The notes: generated by a model from the sequence alone, not told the origin. Counted from the stretch's first letter, positions 32,854 to 48,275 are shown. The stretch is DNA of 64,000 nucleotides from the human T2T-CHM13v2.0 reference genome, Homo sapiens (GCF_009914755.1 NC_060927.1); one strand, 5' to 3'. Made by a program: numbers and translations.

Positions 32854-32950
32854 ATTTTACAGATAAGCGAGAGAATTAACAAGATGAAGCAGATGGTTGC
32901 CATAATCACAATGACAAACCACTCTCTCAAGGGCTTGTGTTCATCATTTC
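32854..32950 (-). CDS. IL5RA: IL5RA transmembrane exon (GNDEHKPLREWFVIVIMATICFILLILSLICKI)
   Basis: ttttccaccag|GA AAT…AAA AT|gtaagt; 97 nt; hydrophobic helix. Confidence 0.96.
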
Positions 32951-33627
32951 CTGGTGGAAAACAAAAAAGAAACAAAAAAATATAAAGTCCAAGTTAGAAG
33001 CAGCAGGTAAAAGAAATGATGAGGCTTGGGTCATCAGACAGCTCAGGTTTGAGTTGCCGGTGCTGGGTGGTGTTGGGCAAGTAGCTTAACTTCCCTGAGC
33101 CTAAGATTTCTCATCTGTAAAAGAAGGGTAACAGCCATCTCACAAAGTTGATATAGGGTGAGATGAAATGATGGCAGTGAGGCCACTTTTATTCTTAAAG
33201 AATGATTTATTCAATCAATCAGCAAATATTTATGGCATTCATTCCATGTACTGTGCCACTTGGATCTTGGAGCTTATCTGTTTTTGGTACGTAGTAAGGT
33301 TTTTAGATAGAAAATCCACAAAAAGATAAGCCTATTGAGTAACCCAATGGCATCACAATCAAAATACAAAGTTGGAAATTAAACTTTTGGAGGAAGTAAA
33401 GTATGAGATAATACTTGTAGTGAACAATAAAGGCATCAGACTCCAAGTGCTTTTCAATCTTAAATATCTTCAAAGCACCCCTTACCATTATTCCCATTTT
33501 ACAGACATGAAAGGAATAAAACTGCCATTAAGTCAGTACAGAAAGTCAGTATTTTGTATGCCACTTATTCTCTGTTTAAATTTGCTTTGAATCTACATTT
33601 AAGGGACAGATTCTTCTAGGAACTTCT

Positions 33628-33730
33628 TTTTTTTATTATTATACTTTAAGTTTTAGGGTACATGTGCACAACGTGCAGGTTTGTTACATATGTATAAACG
33701 TGCCGTGTTGGTGTGCTGCACCCATTAACT
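33628..33730 (-). mobile_element. Very short (~100 bp) 5'-truncated L1PA 3' end with 15-bp TSD
   Basis: ttattattatactttaagttttagggtacatgtgcacaacgtgcaggtttg; TSD cttctaggaacttct at 33613-33627 and 33731-33745. Confidence 0.93.
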
Positions 33731-33809
33731 CTTCTAGGAACTTCTATGATAGCTTTGGGGTGTGTAATTTTTCTTTTAAGTACTAGAAAGGCGTCCAAGA
33801 CAAACTCAA

Positions 33810-34120
33810 GCCAAGTGCAGTGGCTCACGCCTGTAAATCCAAGCACTTTGGGAGGCTGAGGCAGGTGGGTCATTTGAGGCCAGGAGTTTGAAACCAGCCT
33901 GGCCACCATGGTGAAATCCCATCTCTACTAAAAATACAAATATTAGCCAGGCGTGGTGGCAGGCACCTGTAATCTCAGCTACTTGGGAGGCCGAGGCACA
34001 AAATCGCTTGAACACAGGCAGCAGGGGTTGCAGTGAGCCGAGATTGCACCACTGCACTCCAGTCTGGGGGACAGAATGAGACTCTGTCCCCCACCAGCCC
34101 CCCTGCAAAAAAAGAAAAGA
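33810..34120 (+). mobile_element. Alu
   Basis: Full dimer; TSD ~aaactcaag. Confidence 0.92.
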
Positions 34121-34874
34121 AAAACTCAAGACCATTTACCAAATAGTGTTTAAAGAGGTTATGTGCTTGCTAACCTGCCGGATTGAATAATGTAAATCCT
34201 GTGTCATCTCCCTGAATATGAGTTTCCTTTCCGTGGGAGAGGCTGCTCATTCATTAATTCCTTTATTCATCCATTTAACTAATATTTACTGGGCTCCTAT
34301 TATATGTTTGGAACTGTACAAATTACTGGGATTCAGTGGTCGAAAGATCACATATGGGTGCTCCTGTCATGGAGTCCATTAGGAAAGAATCACACTCAGC
34401 AAATAGCAACACAAGCAGTGATTTAATGACGAGCGTGCTAAATACTGTGGTGAGATTTCAACCACACCGCACCAGGAGAAAAGGTTACCATGCTCAGTTT
34501 GCCATGAACTGCTTCCTCTAGAAAAGAAGAAATACATAAGTGGAATTTTCAGGTCCTTGTTAATAGCCTAAGACTTCCAAAATAATTAAAACTCAAATCA
34601 TTCAAGTGACAGGAAGGAGAGATACCTTGGGATATAATGCTAGTGATTCCAGCCTTGCCTTGTTCTCTTGCTTTTTTGCCTCCTGAGGACCCTTATCCAA
34701 GCTTTATCTTCTACCTCCCGAAAGTTTTAATCTCCTTCTTCATCTCTTCCCTTCTGCTTTCAAATATTCATAGAGTCCTTCATCTTGAATAAGCCATGAC
34801 CCTGCTTTGCCATCTCTCTCCACTGTCATCAAATACCTTCTTACTTTATTTCCCAGTCTAAATTCTTGAATAAG

Positions 34875-35176
34875 GGCTAGGTGCGGTGGCTCACGCCTGT
34901 AATCCCAGCACTTTGGGAGGCTGAGGCGGGTGGATCACTTGAGGTCAGGAGTTCAAGATCAGCCTGGCCAACATGGCAAAACCCCATCTCTACTAAAAAT
35001 ATAAAAATTAGCAGGGCATGCTGGCTCATGCTTGTAGTCCCAGCTACTCAGGAGGCTGAGGCAGGACAATTGCTTGAACCTGGGAAGTGGAGGTTGTGGT
35101 GAGCTGAGATCCCGCCACTGCACTCCAGCCTGGGTGACAAGAGCGAGACTCCGTCTCAAAAAAAAAAAAAAAAAAA
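34875..35176 (+). mobile_element. Alu (AluS-like)
   Basis: Full dimer with poly(A). Confidence 0.93.
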
Positions 35177-36076
35177 TTATTTAAGGGATTCGGGCTGCTT
35201 CATTTCCCAGCTCTAACACTGCTTTTTTAATCACAGTGACTTCCTCCTAGTCTAATTCAAAAGACGCTTGGTTTCTTTTTCCAGCTTTATTTTTACTGAC
35301 CTCCTTCCTGAATTTCAGACTGTGTATAGTTGAGCCCACCTTGAAACCGAGTCCTCAGCTTTATTGCCCATATCTCTTCTTAGATGGCCCTTCTCCCCAT
35401 TTTAATTTCGATTGGCCCTCTCCACTCATCCTTTGACCCTTTGCTATTTTCCACTGTGGCCTATTCTTTGAACTTTGAAAAGTTTGTTTATACCACTTCA
35501 TCTTTTAATTTTATGAAGTCTTTTCCCAGGTTTTTATTCCTGGTCCTGCCTGACACTCAGCTCCAGGCCTGGATCTTAAACTGTCCGTAGGTAAAACCTG
35601 CTCGGATGTTTCTCAAGGCTGACAACATTCAAAACCAAACGCATGTTCTTCTTCATATAAAAACCCCTTCTCTCACTAACTGCCCATTTCAGTCTCCATT
35701 CTTCCAAGCCCCCAGACCTGAAGCCTCGAAGTCACTTTGACTCTTTCCATCCTTTACAGCCGCTGTCCCTTCTCCTCATTCCCTTGGTTCATGTCGTCAC
35801 TGCGTACCCAGTGATTAGTGCCGGACAGGCAGGCTTTGTCCAGTGCTTTCATCCCTGCCTATTCTGGAAACCTGGCTTGTAGTCTCAGCTTGCTGTGAAG
35901 GTGGTCATTCTGGGCCTCGGTTTCCTCATCTAAACACATGGCAGTTGAAATATATAATCCATAGATCCTTCCCCAGCCAGCACCTTTTCTAGCACCACTC
36001 ACTCAGTTGAGGGTACTGTCACTTCATGTACACATACCTTTAATAAAATTGGTTTTAGAAAAGCAGTGCCTTTTTG

Positions 36077-36375
36077 GGCCGGGTGTGTTAGCTCATGCCT
36101 GTAATCCCAGCACTTTGGGAGGCCCACAGGCAGATCACTTGAGGTCAGGCGTTTGAGACCAGCCTGGCCAACATGGTGAAAGCCCATCTCTTCTAAAAAT
36201 ATAAAAATTATCCAGGTGTGGTGCCGCATGGCTGTCATCCCAGCTACTAGGGAGGCTGAGGCAGGAGGATCCCTTGAACCTAGGAGGCAGAGGCTGCAGT
36301 GAGCCCATCACGCAACTGCACTCCAGCCTGGGCTACACAGCAAGACACTGTCTCGAAAAAAAAGAAAAGAAAACA
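36077..36375 (+). mobile_element. Alu
   Basis: Full dimer; TSD aaaag(c/t)agtgccttttt. Confidence 0.92.
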
Positions 36376-36499
36376 AAAGTAGTGCCTTTTTGCTGCTGGA
36401 ACTTTAAAAGTTTATAAAGTATAAAAAAGAAAAAAGAAAAATCAGTAGTCACTGGAAGTAACTAAGAGCTTATTTTCTATACATATTTTTGCATTCGCT

Positions 36500-36705
36500 T
36501 TTTCTGAGTGCTTCTAGGTGCTCAGATACTGTGTAAAGTGCTTCACGTACTTTCTCGATTTAATTCTTACAGCGATGCTTTGAGATGGACACTATTATTC
36601 TCACTGTACAGATGGAGGAACTGAGGCAGAAAAGGACAGAGTAAGTCAGCCCAGGCCACACAGCTAGGAAGTGCGGAAGCCCAACCAGTCCGTGCTCTTA
36701 GCCTT
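36500..36705 (-). mobile_element. MIR
   Basis: tacagatggaggaactgaggcaga…aggccacacagctaggaagtg. Confidence 0.75.
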
Positions 36706-36997
36706 GATGTAGGAATCCCATTCCCCTCCCTCCCTCTGCAAAACTGAGGGCACACTGAATACATAGGAGCTTCGCTTCACTTATTTTAAGCATTGCTTTT
36801 CATTGAGAACTCTCCTGAGCATGATCCCTATAGCTCTCTGTGCTTCACTGTGGGAAGCCCTGTTCTATTGTTTGTATCCCCGTTTCTGATAAGGCTAAGT
36901 GTGCAGGCAGCTTCTCTAATTAAAGGTGGCTGCTTTGCAAACTACCGTTTCTCCTGACATTCCCCAAACTCTAGGTGGGACTGAAGCCCTTTATTAA

Positions 36998-37313
<316 letters not shown>

Positions 37314-40044
37314 CTATGGCTATAGTATTTTTTTTCAAGTTTTTTTTTGAAATATACTTATGTCTATTGTTTTACAAAAAGGCATTAGCCACATTTTGTT
37401 AAATAATGGAAAACAGACCCTCAAAGTGGCAAAGCTTTTGTCTTCCTAAATCCTACAGATACTCGATGGTTCCAGGATTAATACTCCGTTCTCTGGATTG
37501 GAACTGAGGGCTCTGTTAGACTTCATTTTTATTGCATTCTTTCTTAGTTAATGTAAAGAGTAGCTGGGACAAACTAATAACAGCAAATCAAATACCGTCT
37601 TACTTTATTTCCCAGTCGATTTCCTGAGTAAGGAATTCAGCCTGCTTCATGGCCCCATCTCTGAAACTATTCCATGCTCGTAACCATTATGCAAGTATCC
37701 TGACAACCACATTCAGAAACTGCAGGTTTATAGACACCGGATGCAAATTCAGCAAGTGGTACATCAGCAGAAAAAAAGTTATCCTGTTTATAACTAGGTT
37801 AAACCAACAGAAAAAGTGTGGGTCCTGCAGAAAGAAGGGGCAGTGTTGTAAATAATTATCAGGGTCACACTGTCAGTCACATTTGGGTCTCAACTTGTGC
37901 AATATCCCCTAGCCTGATATGGCAAGTTTTGATAACAGTACCGTTTTCTTCTGACCATGATTACAAAAATCTTTTCAGTTAAACCACTCTCAAGTTATTC
38001 ACTTCAGCCCTCACTTTGATAAGCGAAGATTCTCACTGAATTAGCAAAAATATAGAGGCAACCCTGATTTTATTTCATTAAATGAAAAAAAGTTATTGAT
38101 GCATACAAGGTACTACGTGAGAAGCAAAGTCACGGTCACTGCCGGGAGGGAGGTGGCACATTAGTCATTTCTCCTGGCCTGGCCTCTCCAGTTGCCCCAA
38201 ATGCATTAGGGCTACTCCCCTATAGCTAGTTGAAAACAGAACTAACCCCTGAAAACACAACCAAGGTCGGCTTTTCCTTGAAGAAAACATAAATTGGCAG
38301 GAAAATTTTGTGCAAGCAAAAGATTTCACATACCTATTGCGAAGTAGACATTACTTGTGGATTATCTACTGTTCAGTTACTTATTTATGCAAAAAAAAAT
38401 GCCAGTACATTAGTGAATTAAAGTAAGCACCTGCTCTGGTTTTACTGAAAGTAGAGCAAGGAGGGAAGATCCCACTGAGAGTATACATTCTTTGGGTCAA
38501 AATGATTAAGAATTTCAATACTATAAAATTTGGGAGATCCCGTAGTATAGTCTTAATTTGAATTCTGGGGTCTCCAACCTTGGAGATTAAAAAAAAAGTA
38601 TTTCGAGGTAATTTGACTCTCTGCTCTGACTCAAGGAGAATACCTTTCTTGCCATTAAAAAGGAAGTCACAGATGTTTCTTTTCAAGAAATCAATGGGCA
38701 CTGCCATTTGGTTATGCAAAGATGGGTTTCAGAAAGAAGAAGTCACACAGCCTATTCTTGTAAGGAGGAGAAGCTCTCCAGACTCCCCATTTGATTCCTG
38801 GGTGCTTTTTAGGCATCACTAACGTAAAGCATTTGGGAAATTCAGTTGTCTGGTGTCTGGGGACCTCAGTTTCCATTATTTTTGACATCTTAAGCATTTG
38901 ACCTTGCAAATAAGCCAATAGTCTGCTATTCTTCTATGACCCTAGAATGTATATGGAGTGGGACATGGGGTGCAGGTGGGCTGGGACAGTGGCAACACAG
39001 AGGGCAGAAGGACTGCAAGTATTGGACCCAAACTAGTCCCAGCTCTGCCTCTGGGAGCTTTGTCAAGCCACTTCCCTTTTAGGGCTGCAGTCTCTCTTGA
39101 TCTAGAATTCTATGATGTATGAAGTTTAGACTACTAGCTCTTAGGAGATGAATTTGATTTGGAAGCCTGTTACACCTTAAATTCTGCATGTAAGTATGAA
39201 CTTTCAGTGCTTACATATTGATTTTGAATCTGATTTCAGACTCAACAATAGGTTTCCAGGGAAAAGAGCTAATTAGTAAATTGATGGGATGCTTCCAACA
39301 GAGCAGGCCTGCTGTGTTTTTAGAGCCAGCAGGTGCTGGGAGAAGTTCAAATGGCACCAACAGGGTTGGATAATTGAGAGGATGTCAATATGGCAGTCTA
39401 TGATACAGGGTTTAACTAGCTTCCTGTGACTTGCCTCCAGTTGGAGGGGAGAATGGCATCATTCATGAATGAACATCCCAAACCAGATCACAGGCTTCCA
39501 GTGCAGGCAAGTCAGGAGCAGACCTTTTGGGTGAGTGAGCTTTCAAGGCAGCTGTCAAATGGACTGTGGGAGGTACCTGGTTTAGAGAAATAAAAAGAGG
39601 GCAGCAAAATGCAGCCTCAGTGAACAAAATGTGTAGAGTAGTGAAGGACCCGGATCACACACACAGCTTGCACTATGTTCATCTGGTGGAACTGGGCTTG
39701 CATTAACCGAATAGAGAGAGGAAATGGAGACTGTGTATTTGTGTACGTGTGTGTATTTGTGTGCATGCGTGTATTTGTGTGTGCATTCAGGATCAGCTGG
39801 ATGGCTCACTGCAGTACTGCTTGTCTGCAATATCCCCCAGTAGGACTAGACTTGATGAAGTTGAGTGGGGAATTCCTCATGGCAGTTTTCTTCTCTGCAG
39901 GCTTTCCCACAAAGCACCAAGGGCTATGTACCTTCTGGAGCCCCCCAAGCAACCCAGAACTTTCTTCCCTATAAGGGGTTGCTGGGCCTATTTTATCAAC
40001 CTGCTAAAGCAGATGAAAGCTGGCTGCAGAGGATGTAGTCATCA

Positions 40045-40391
<347 letters not shown>

Positions 40392-42231
40392 GGTTTAGTC
40401 CTGGTTCTGCCACTTGCTACCAAAGTGACCTTCGGCAGGGTAGCCTCTCCAGCTTCTATGTCCTGCATTATAAAACAGGGATAAGGATCGAATGAATTAA
40501 CACATGTGAAGTGCTTAGCACAGTGCTGGTACACAGGTGCTCAATAAATATTACTTACTATAATTACGATTAGGATGAAATGCATTGTGTCAACAAATTC
40601 ATCAAGATAATTTCCCTTTCATCAAAGCAAGGCCAAAATTGGAGTGCTATCAGAATTCTAAAAATGCAGAGAGATAAACTCAGGTCAGGAGAAATAAACA
40701 CACACCAAATATTCTAGATACTGAGGAACAGAAAAGGGTATGGGTATTCCTACCCTTCAAGGATTTAGGGTTCAAAATGTTCATTAAGATGAATCTTATG
40801 AAGAACTTGGACAGGAACATTTAGACAAGAATGGCCTGAAGAGGCTAACTTCATTCCCAATGGCTTGTCTGGATGGAGGCTGACAGGGTCAAGAGCTGGC
40901 AGAGCTTCCTGCTTGCACAGCCCCCAGCCCCTCTTGCTGAGTGTGGCCCATCCTCCAGCCTCAGTTTCCCTGGCTGGAGTAATAGCCCCCGGGGCAATGG
41001 AACATCTCGAAAAGAACCCAGGTGTGGAGCCAATCCTCTAGCTGTGTTCCAAACCCGGATGTCCCACCTACTATCTGTGTAGCTTCCAGCAGTTCCTTCA
41101 CCTCTCTGCATCTGTTTTCTCACCTGTGTGATTAGGAAATCATGTGTGTGATGATAAAAGATGATGTAGATGAATATGTCCTGCACAGGGGCTGGCCCCC
41201 TGACAGCATCCCTCCCTCCCACAAGCTGCCATCCCTCCATGAGGCAGAATGTATGCCTAGAAGGGTGATGTAGGCACCAATAGAGGTGGCTGCGCCTGAA
41301 AGCACTGTGGGAACTCCCTGCTCCTGGCATTTGGAGATGAAATCTGAAAGGTCCCTGTTAGCCCTCCTTCAGGCTAGTGGGATGACCACAGGCGTGAGGC
41401 AGTCCGCCCCCCCTGGTGGGAACAAATGGTGGGGCTGCCAGGTGGGATCTAACCAGCCTGGACAAAAGGAAGCAGTGTGACCAAGCCATCTGTCTACACA
41501 GGGAAAGCAGAACCACAATAAGCTGTGTTAGTCTTAGGTAAGCCTAAGTGGGTCTTTCATGTTGTTATTGGGTCAACTCTTGTTACTTTTAAGCAATTTC
41601 TGCTACTGTGTAGACCCAGTGGCTCCCATCTGTAACCTCAAAAGAGTTTTGCAAGATTATTTTGGAAGGCCTAGGGATAGCTCATGTGGACCCTCCTACA
41701 ACATTTCCCTTTCATCTTCCTTCGTGTTTTGCCACAGTGTGAGAATTTAACAAGAAAAAGCTGCTGAAGGAGAGTGACGGGATCAGGAGAGACAGAGAGA
41801 AGGGATTAGAGCTCCAGGTGGGAGTCAGAGTGCAAGGAATCAGGTTGGAGCTGCGGGACCTTGGCACAATGCAGGCAAACTGGAAAATGAAGATGCATTT
41901 GATGGTCCCAAAGGTGACTTCAGTTTTTGATTCCAGGTGCCCAGGACAAAGGTACCAAGTCACCTCACACATCAGCCCATGAATATCAAGTCAAAAGAAA
42001 AAGGCACAGGAGTTTCTCTGGGGTGGCCTTCCTTCCAGCCCATATTGCCATAGGCCACCCTGATACCCTACCTCAACCCATTTTCCTTAAGTCCTAACAG
42101 ATTCTAGGATGTGTCACGGGACTCTGAGACCCCCACTCCACCAGCTCAAACTCTGACAGGAAAGCAAAGGCCAAGATTTCCTATGAACAACACATCTCTA
42201 TGTTTAAGGAGCTGTCTGCTGTGCCCCTGTC

Positions 42232-42296
42232 TGCTGTGACCTCATGAATGAGTGATCTGAAAATTGCTGTGACCTCATGAATGAGTGATCTGAAAA
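42232..42296. repeat. 33-bp-period tandem duplication
   Basis: tgctgtgacctcatgaatgagtgatctgaaaa occurs twice, perfect. Confidence 0.93.
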
Positions 42297-42889
42297 CGGT
42301 GCTGAGTCTTCTACTCCCCTGGGTGTAGGTGCCATACATCTCAAGACTAACGAAAGTCAAATTTGGGCCATCAAATTTTGCTTTCAGTGAGGTCAAAGCA
42401 AAACTCCATCGTTTCTTTGAAGGGCAATTGCAGTGATTGTAGTCTGTCACAGAAGAAGCAGTTCTCAGAACCACTGATCCTGACCAAAGACACGGCCAGA
42501 AATAAGTGCAGGGTAGACCCACATAAGTCTCTTTTCCTCAAGCAAGGATATGACTATGGAAAAATTTATTTTCATCATTCCTCGTTTCACACTTGGCATT
42601 TGAGCTTCATGGATGGCGGGAAGAAGAGAAGATGATGGACTTGAGAAAACACACAGCTTCATGAAGACCAGGGTCAGGAAACAAAAGGTTTCGATAAACA
42701 GGAGACAGCAAAGATAACAAAGGAACAGAAGAATCCGGAAGTTAAGAAAGTTTAAAAAGGAGAAAGACATGTAAAAATTGGGAAGTTAGCTCTTAAGATA
42801 AGACAGAGAAGCCAGCTGATCTAGGGCAGTTGATAACGAGTACTGATAAAATGAAACTGCTACTTCCATAAAAAAAAAAATCCCAGCCC

Positions 42890-42998
42890 AGCTATAGTCC
42901 CAGCTACTCAGGAGGCTAAGGCAGGAGGATTGCCTGAGCCCAGGAGTTCGAGACCAGCCTGGGCAACATAGTGAGACCCCTCATCTCTTAAAAAAAAA
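42890..42998 (+). mobile_element. FLAM fragment
   Basis: tagtcccagctactcaggaggct…gagcccaggagttcgagaccagcctgggcaacatagtgagacccc. Confidence 0.82.
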
Positions 42999-43048
42999 TT
43001 CTGAATCAAATTGTAGGCCTCATTTAGTTTTTTGAGAAATCTTCCAAA

Positions 43049-43563
43049 GGAGAAGTCACTATATCAAAAAGACACCTAACGTGCATGTTTATCACAGCAC
43101 CATTCACAATTGCAAAGATATGGAATCCACCTAAGTACCTATCAACCGATGAGTGGATAAAGAAAATGTGGTAAATATACACAATGAAATACTACTCAGC
43201 TGTACAAAAAGAATGCAATAATGTCTTTTGCAGCAACTTGGATGGAATTGGAGGCCATTACCCTAAGGAAAGTAATCAGGAACAAAAAACCAAATACCAT
43301 ATGTTCTCACTTATAAATGGGAGCTAAGCTTTGGGTACACAGAGGCATACAGAGTGGTATAATGAACATTGAAGACGCAGAAGGGGAGAGGGTGGGAGGA
43401 GCATGGGGGATGAAAAGTCACCTATTCAGTATGATGTAAACTATTTAGCTGATGGGTACAATAAAAGCCCAGACTTAACCACTATGCAATTCATCCATGT
43501 AACCAAAAACCACTTGTACCCCTAAAGCTGCTGAAATAAAACAATTGTTTTTAATTTAAAAAA
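43049..43563 (+). mobile_element. L1PB/L1MA 3' end
   Basis: gagtggataaagaaaatgtgg…tgttctcacttataaatgggagct…gtaaccaaaaaccacttgtacccc. Confidence 0.85.
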
Positions 43564-45941
43564 TTCCATGCTCTGGAAATTCTAGGACAGGAGAGCCAAT
43601 CAGGCACTGTTCAGAGCAAGCAAAGAGCACTCACTTGCTAACTATACCCCCTCCCTGCTGTCCCCTGTGCTCCTTGGCTGGCCAGGGACCTTACCAACAG
43701 AGCTGGACAGCACCCCCAGCCTCTCCCAGCTCACCTTATCTCATCAATCAAAACTTACTCTGTGTCTCATTTTTTAAATTAAATAACCTTGGGCTATAAT
43801 GGGTTAATTAGTTAATCAAATCTATTCTAATTCACTGATTGGCTCATATGTCATCTATTTGAGAAAATTGTATATTAATAGCCACTTCTTGGCTGTTTGA
43901 CAACTGCTGAGTCATTTAGTATCTCAGGACCTCCATTTTCTTACATTAAAATAATGGGGGGGGGAAATTAATAACTATGAAAGGGGTGATATTTGAGTTG
44001 AGTCTTGGAGTAAAATGGAGTGGGAGGGCTGCAGCATGCTGTTTTTAAGATAAGGCAAAAGAGGAGAAAGCATAGTTAAAGGAAATGAATGTAGCAGCAA
44101 AATCGCCTGATGGACTCCTAGCTGAGTATAATTATTGCTGCATCCTCAAGGGATAAAAAAGAGCCATGCAAAATGTCCCAGAGGGGCTTGGACTTCCTAT
44201 TACGTTTATTAATCATCTTGATGAAAATGGAAAGTCTACATTGATTAAATTCACTAATGATCCTAAACTGAGCAGAGGAGTAAATTCCAGAAAGGATGGA
44301 TTTATAAGGTGAGTAGTAATATTAATCAGCTCATCTTCATGAAAAGGATGGCAGTAAATGAAATGGGATTTGCTATAGATAATGGCAACGAGGTACACCT
44401 GGGGGAAAACTATAATGAGCCCAGATTCAAACTAGGAAGGTGTTATTTAGGAAATAATAATGGTAAGAGAGCTCTAAAGTGGAGAGTGAATAATAAATTA
44501 AAAACAAGCTTAAAATAAGCGCTCGTTATGGATCACAATTTCACTCTCAGCACTTTTGCAGTGGGGTGGTGCAGAGGAGGTGAATGTGAATGGCAGAGGT
44601 GGAAGCAGGTTTGTAGTGCAGCACTTATATTTTACAGGTGAGGATGCTAAGCCCAGAGAGGTTAGGTGTAGACTGACTAGGCCAGGGTGGAAAAACCCTG
44701 TCATGCTCGTCACCACTCTGTCCCTTGCAGTGGTGGCAGGAGATCACGATTCCTTCTGACAATCTAAATTTAGCCTCAGAATCCTCAATGCTGCACTCTA
44801 AGCAGTCTCTGATTACTTTGCTCACAAAACATTACCTTTTGTCATCTCTAGCTTATATCATAGAGCTAGATGTTGGCAGAGCCGTAGCTAAAAACCTAGA
44901 TGTCCTGAATATCTAGTGCTTCTTTTTCACCTAATACGTTCTAAATTCTCTACAGTCAACATTGACTATGACTTCAAAAGTCAAAGACTCAGAAAGCATA
45001 ACTAACTTCTTATCTAGGATTCTGACCTTGGTATCCATCATCTTGGTTTAAGTTTCCTTAGACAGCATTTTAAAATCTCCAAAATTGAATACATATAGAG
45101 AGAGGTGTTGGGAAGACACTTAGAAATAGCAATAGTTTTGAGCCAGTGAGTTTTGTGCCCCTGGGGAGTAACATAAAGCATTTTTAAAAAGAAGTCTATT
45201 GAATTCAAGTAACAAAAATTAAACTTCCACCTTAGGCATTTGACAAAATTAATGACCTTGTTAAAAATTCCCTGAGACTGATTAATGCTTCTCGTATTTG
45301 TTTCCCTCCTGGGGAACAGAGTGAATTTTCCTGGTGCAAATGGAGCCATGTCGAGGAAAGTCCTGTGTGTGCTGGGTCAGTTTAGTTAGGTGGGGGCATC
45401 AACCTAGGGAGGAGGGGAGGGAGGGGAAGATTGGTCTCAACAGAATTATGAAGCAGGTGAGTTTAGCCCATTCTCACTTCCTTTTAGTGTCCTTTCAGTT
45501 CCCTCTCCCCAGGAAGGCTCATGCTGCTCCTGTAAGTCTCTCTGAGTGATGTGAGGGCTACCCCTGTAAGGCTGAGCTGGTTGTGTGTTGCACAACTTTA
45601 GGGGACGCTATTCTCCCTTGGGAACTCGGTAACTTAGCACGACCAGCCCCCTGGCAGATTCAGAACAGTTCTCCATTTATTAGGCCTTTCCTTATCTTTC
45701 CCAGTCTTCAGTGGAAATCTACCTGCTGTGTGTCAGATCGGAGTCATTTTCACATGGGCTGATGGGTCACTGCCCGAGACTTTCCTGAAGACCTACCCCA
45801 TAGCTTAAGCGAATGAATTAAATAGTAGAACATTTTGGCATGTGCCTGAACTAAATCTCTCCTATGTATACTCTTCCAATGGTTGATGAATACCTCATAG
45901 GATTCATGAGAGATGGCATCCACATGCTTGATCACCCATAA

Positions 45942-46233
<292 letters not shown>

Positions 46234-46563
46234 CCAAGATCTCTTAAATAAGACTTTAATCTACCCAGCACTTTAAAGCTTGCAGAATCCTGTCCCACCA
46301 TGCCAGAGTGTCCAGAGATCAAGTGCTAGAGTCAGTTAATCTGGGGTTAGAGCCCCATCCCTGCCACTTGTTGGCCATGCAGAACAGAGTTAAGCCAATT
46401 ACCTAAACTTTCCAAACAAGTTTTTTGATAGGACTAAGATTATGTATTTAGCATAGTGCTTGGCAAAATAAATAAAAATTAAAAAACACATGTAATCTGC
46501 TATCCCTGCTGTTGTTTTTATTTCAGATACGGTGTGGGGCAGGAAAGCTGGATGTTATCTCCT

Positions 46564-46577
46564 TTATCTTGAGAACC
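46564..46577 (-). CDS. IL5RA: IL5RA soluble-isoform terminal exon (G-F-S-R-stop, 335-aa form)
   Basis: Acceptor tttctctctgtttcctag|GG TTC TCA AGA TAA; AATAAA on the minus strand at 46522-46517. Confidence 0.9.
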
Positions 46578-46820
46578 CTAGGAAACAGAGAGAAATTATT
46601 TGTCTGGGGATACACAATCAATCCTTGTAAAGGCTGAATGTTAAACCTGGGCTTTCTATGTAAGGCTCCAGTCTTCTTCCCACCATCCCATGCTCTTATA
46701 GACCTAGTGCAACAGTTAACGACGTGTGTGTGCCTCCCCAGGCTGAATGGTTTATCATACACATGAGACGCACTAGTTGCTTTTTAACTGTTTCCTTCTC
46801 TCATACAATGCCTATGTTGA

Positions 46821-47192
<372 letters not shown>

Positions 47193-47554
47193 AACACAGG
47201 GTATGAATTTTCTATCTTCAAGGTGCAATACCACATGTCCTGGGTGTGGAATTGACATCTGTGTCAGGGTAAGACTGGAAATGTGCCCCTTCATCCATAG
47301 CTGCCATTGGGTATATTATTATCCTTCATGGATCTCACTGACAGAGACGATGCCCATCTTACTTGCCAAGCAAACTAGTCCATTTGATCGTAACATAAAC
47401 AGTTGCAGAGCTAACACAGGAGTCCCGGTGATGCATGGACCTCTTTATACTCTATATCTGCTAGGCTGAAGGCTCAGGGACAGATCCAGATTTTGTGGGA
47501 CCCTATAGATTACACAGTTTTGGAATCTTCTTTTTTTAAAAAAGTATAAAGTCA

Positions 47555-48275
<721 letters not shown>

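Noticed and set aside
40851-41330. 159-aa minus-strand ORF (also the 151-aa ORF at 28324-28779)
   Set aside because: No recognisable domain or splice-consistent structure; the length is compatible with chance in intron DNA.
42232-42296. Direct repeats as a CRISPR-like array
   Set aside because: Only two adjacent copies with no spacers, in mammalian DNA; a simple tandem duplication.
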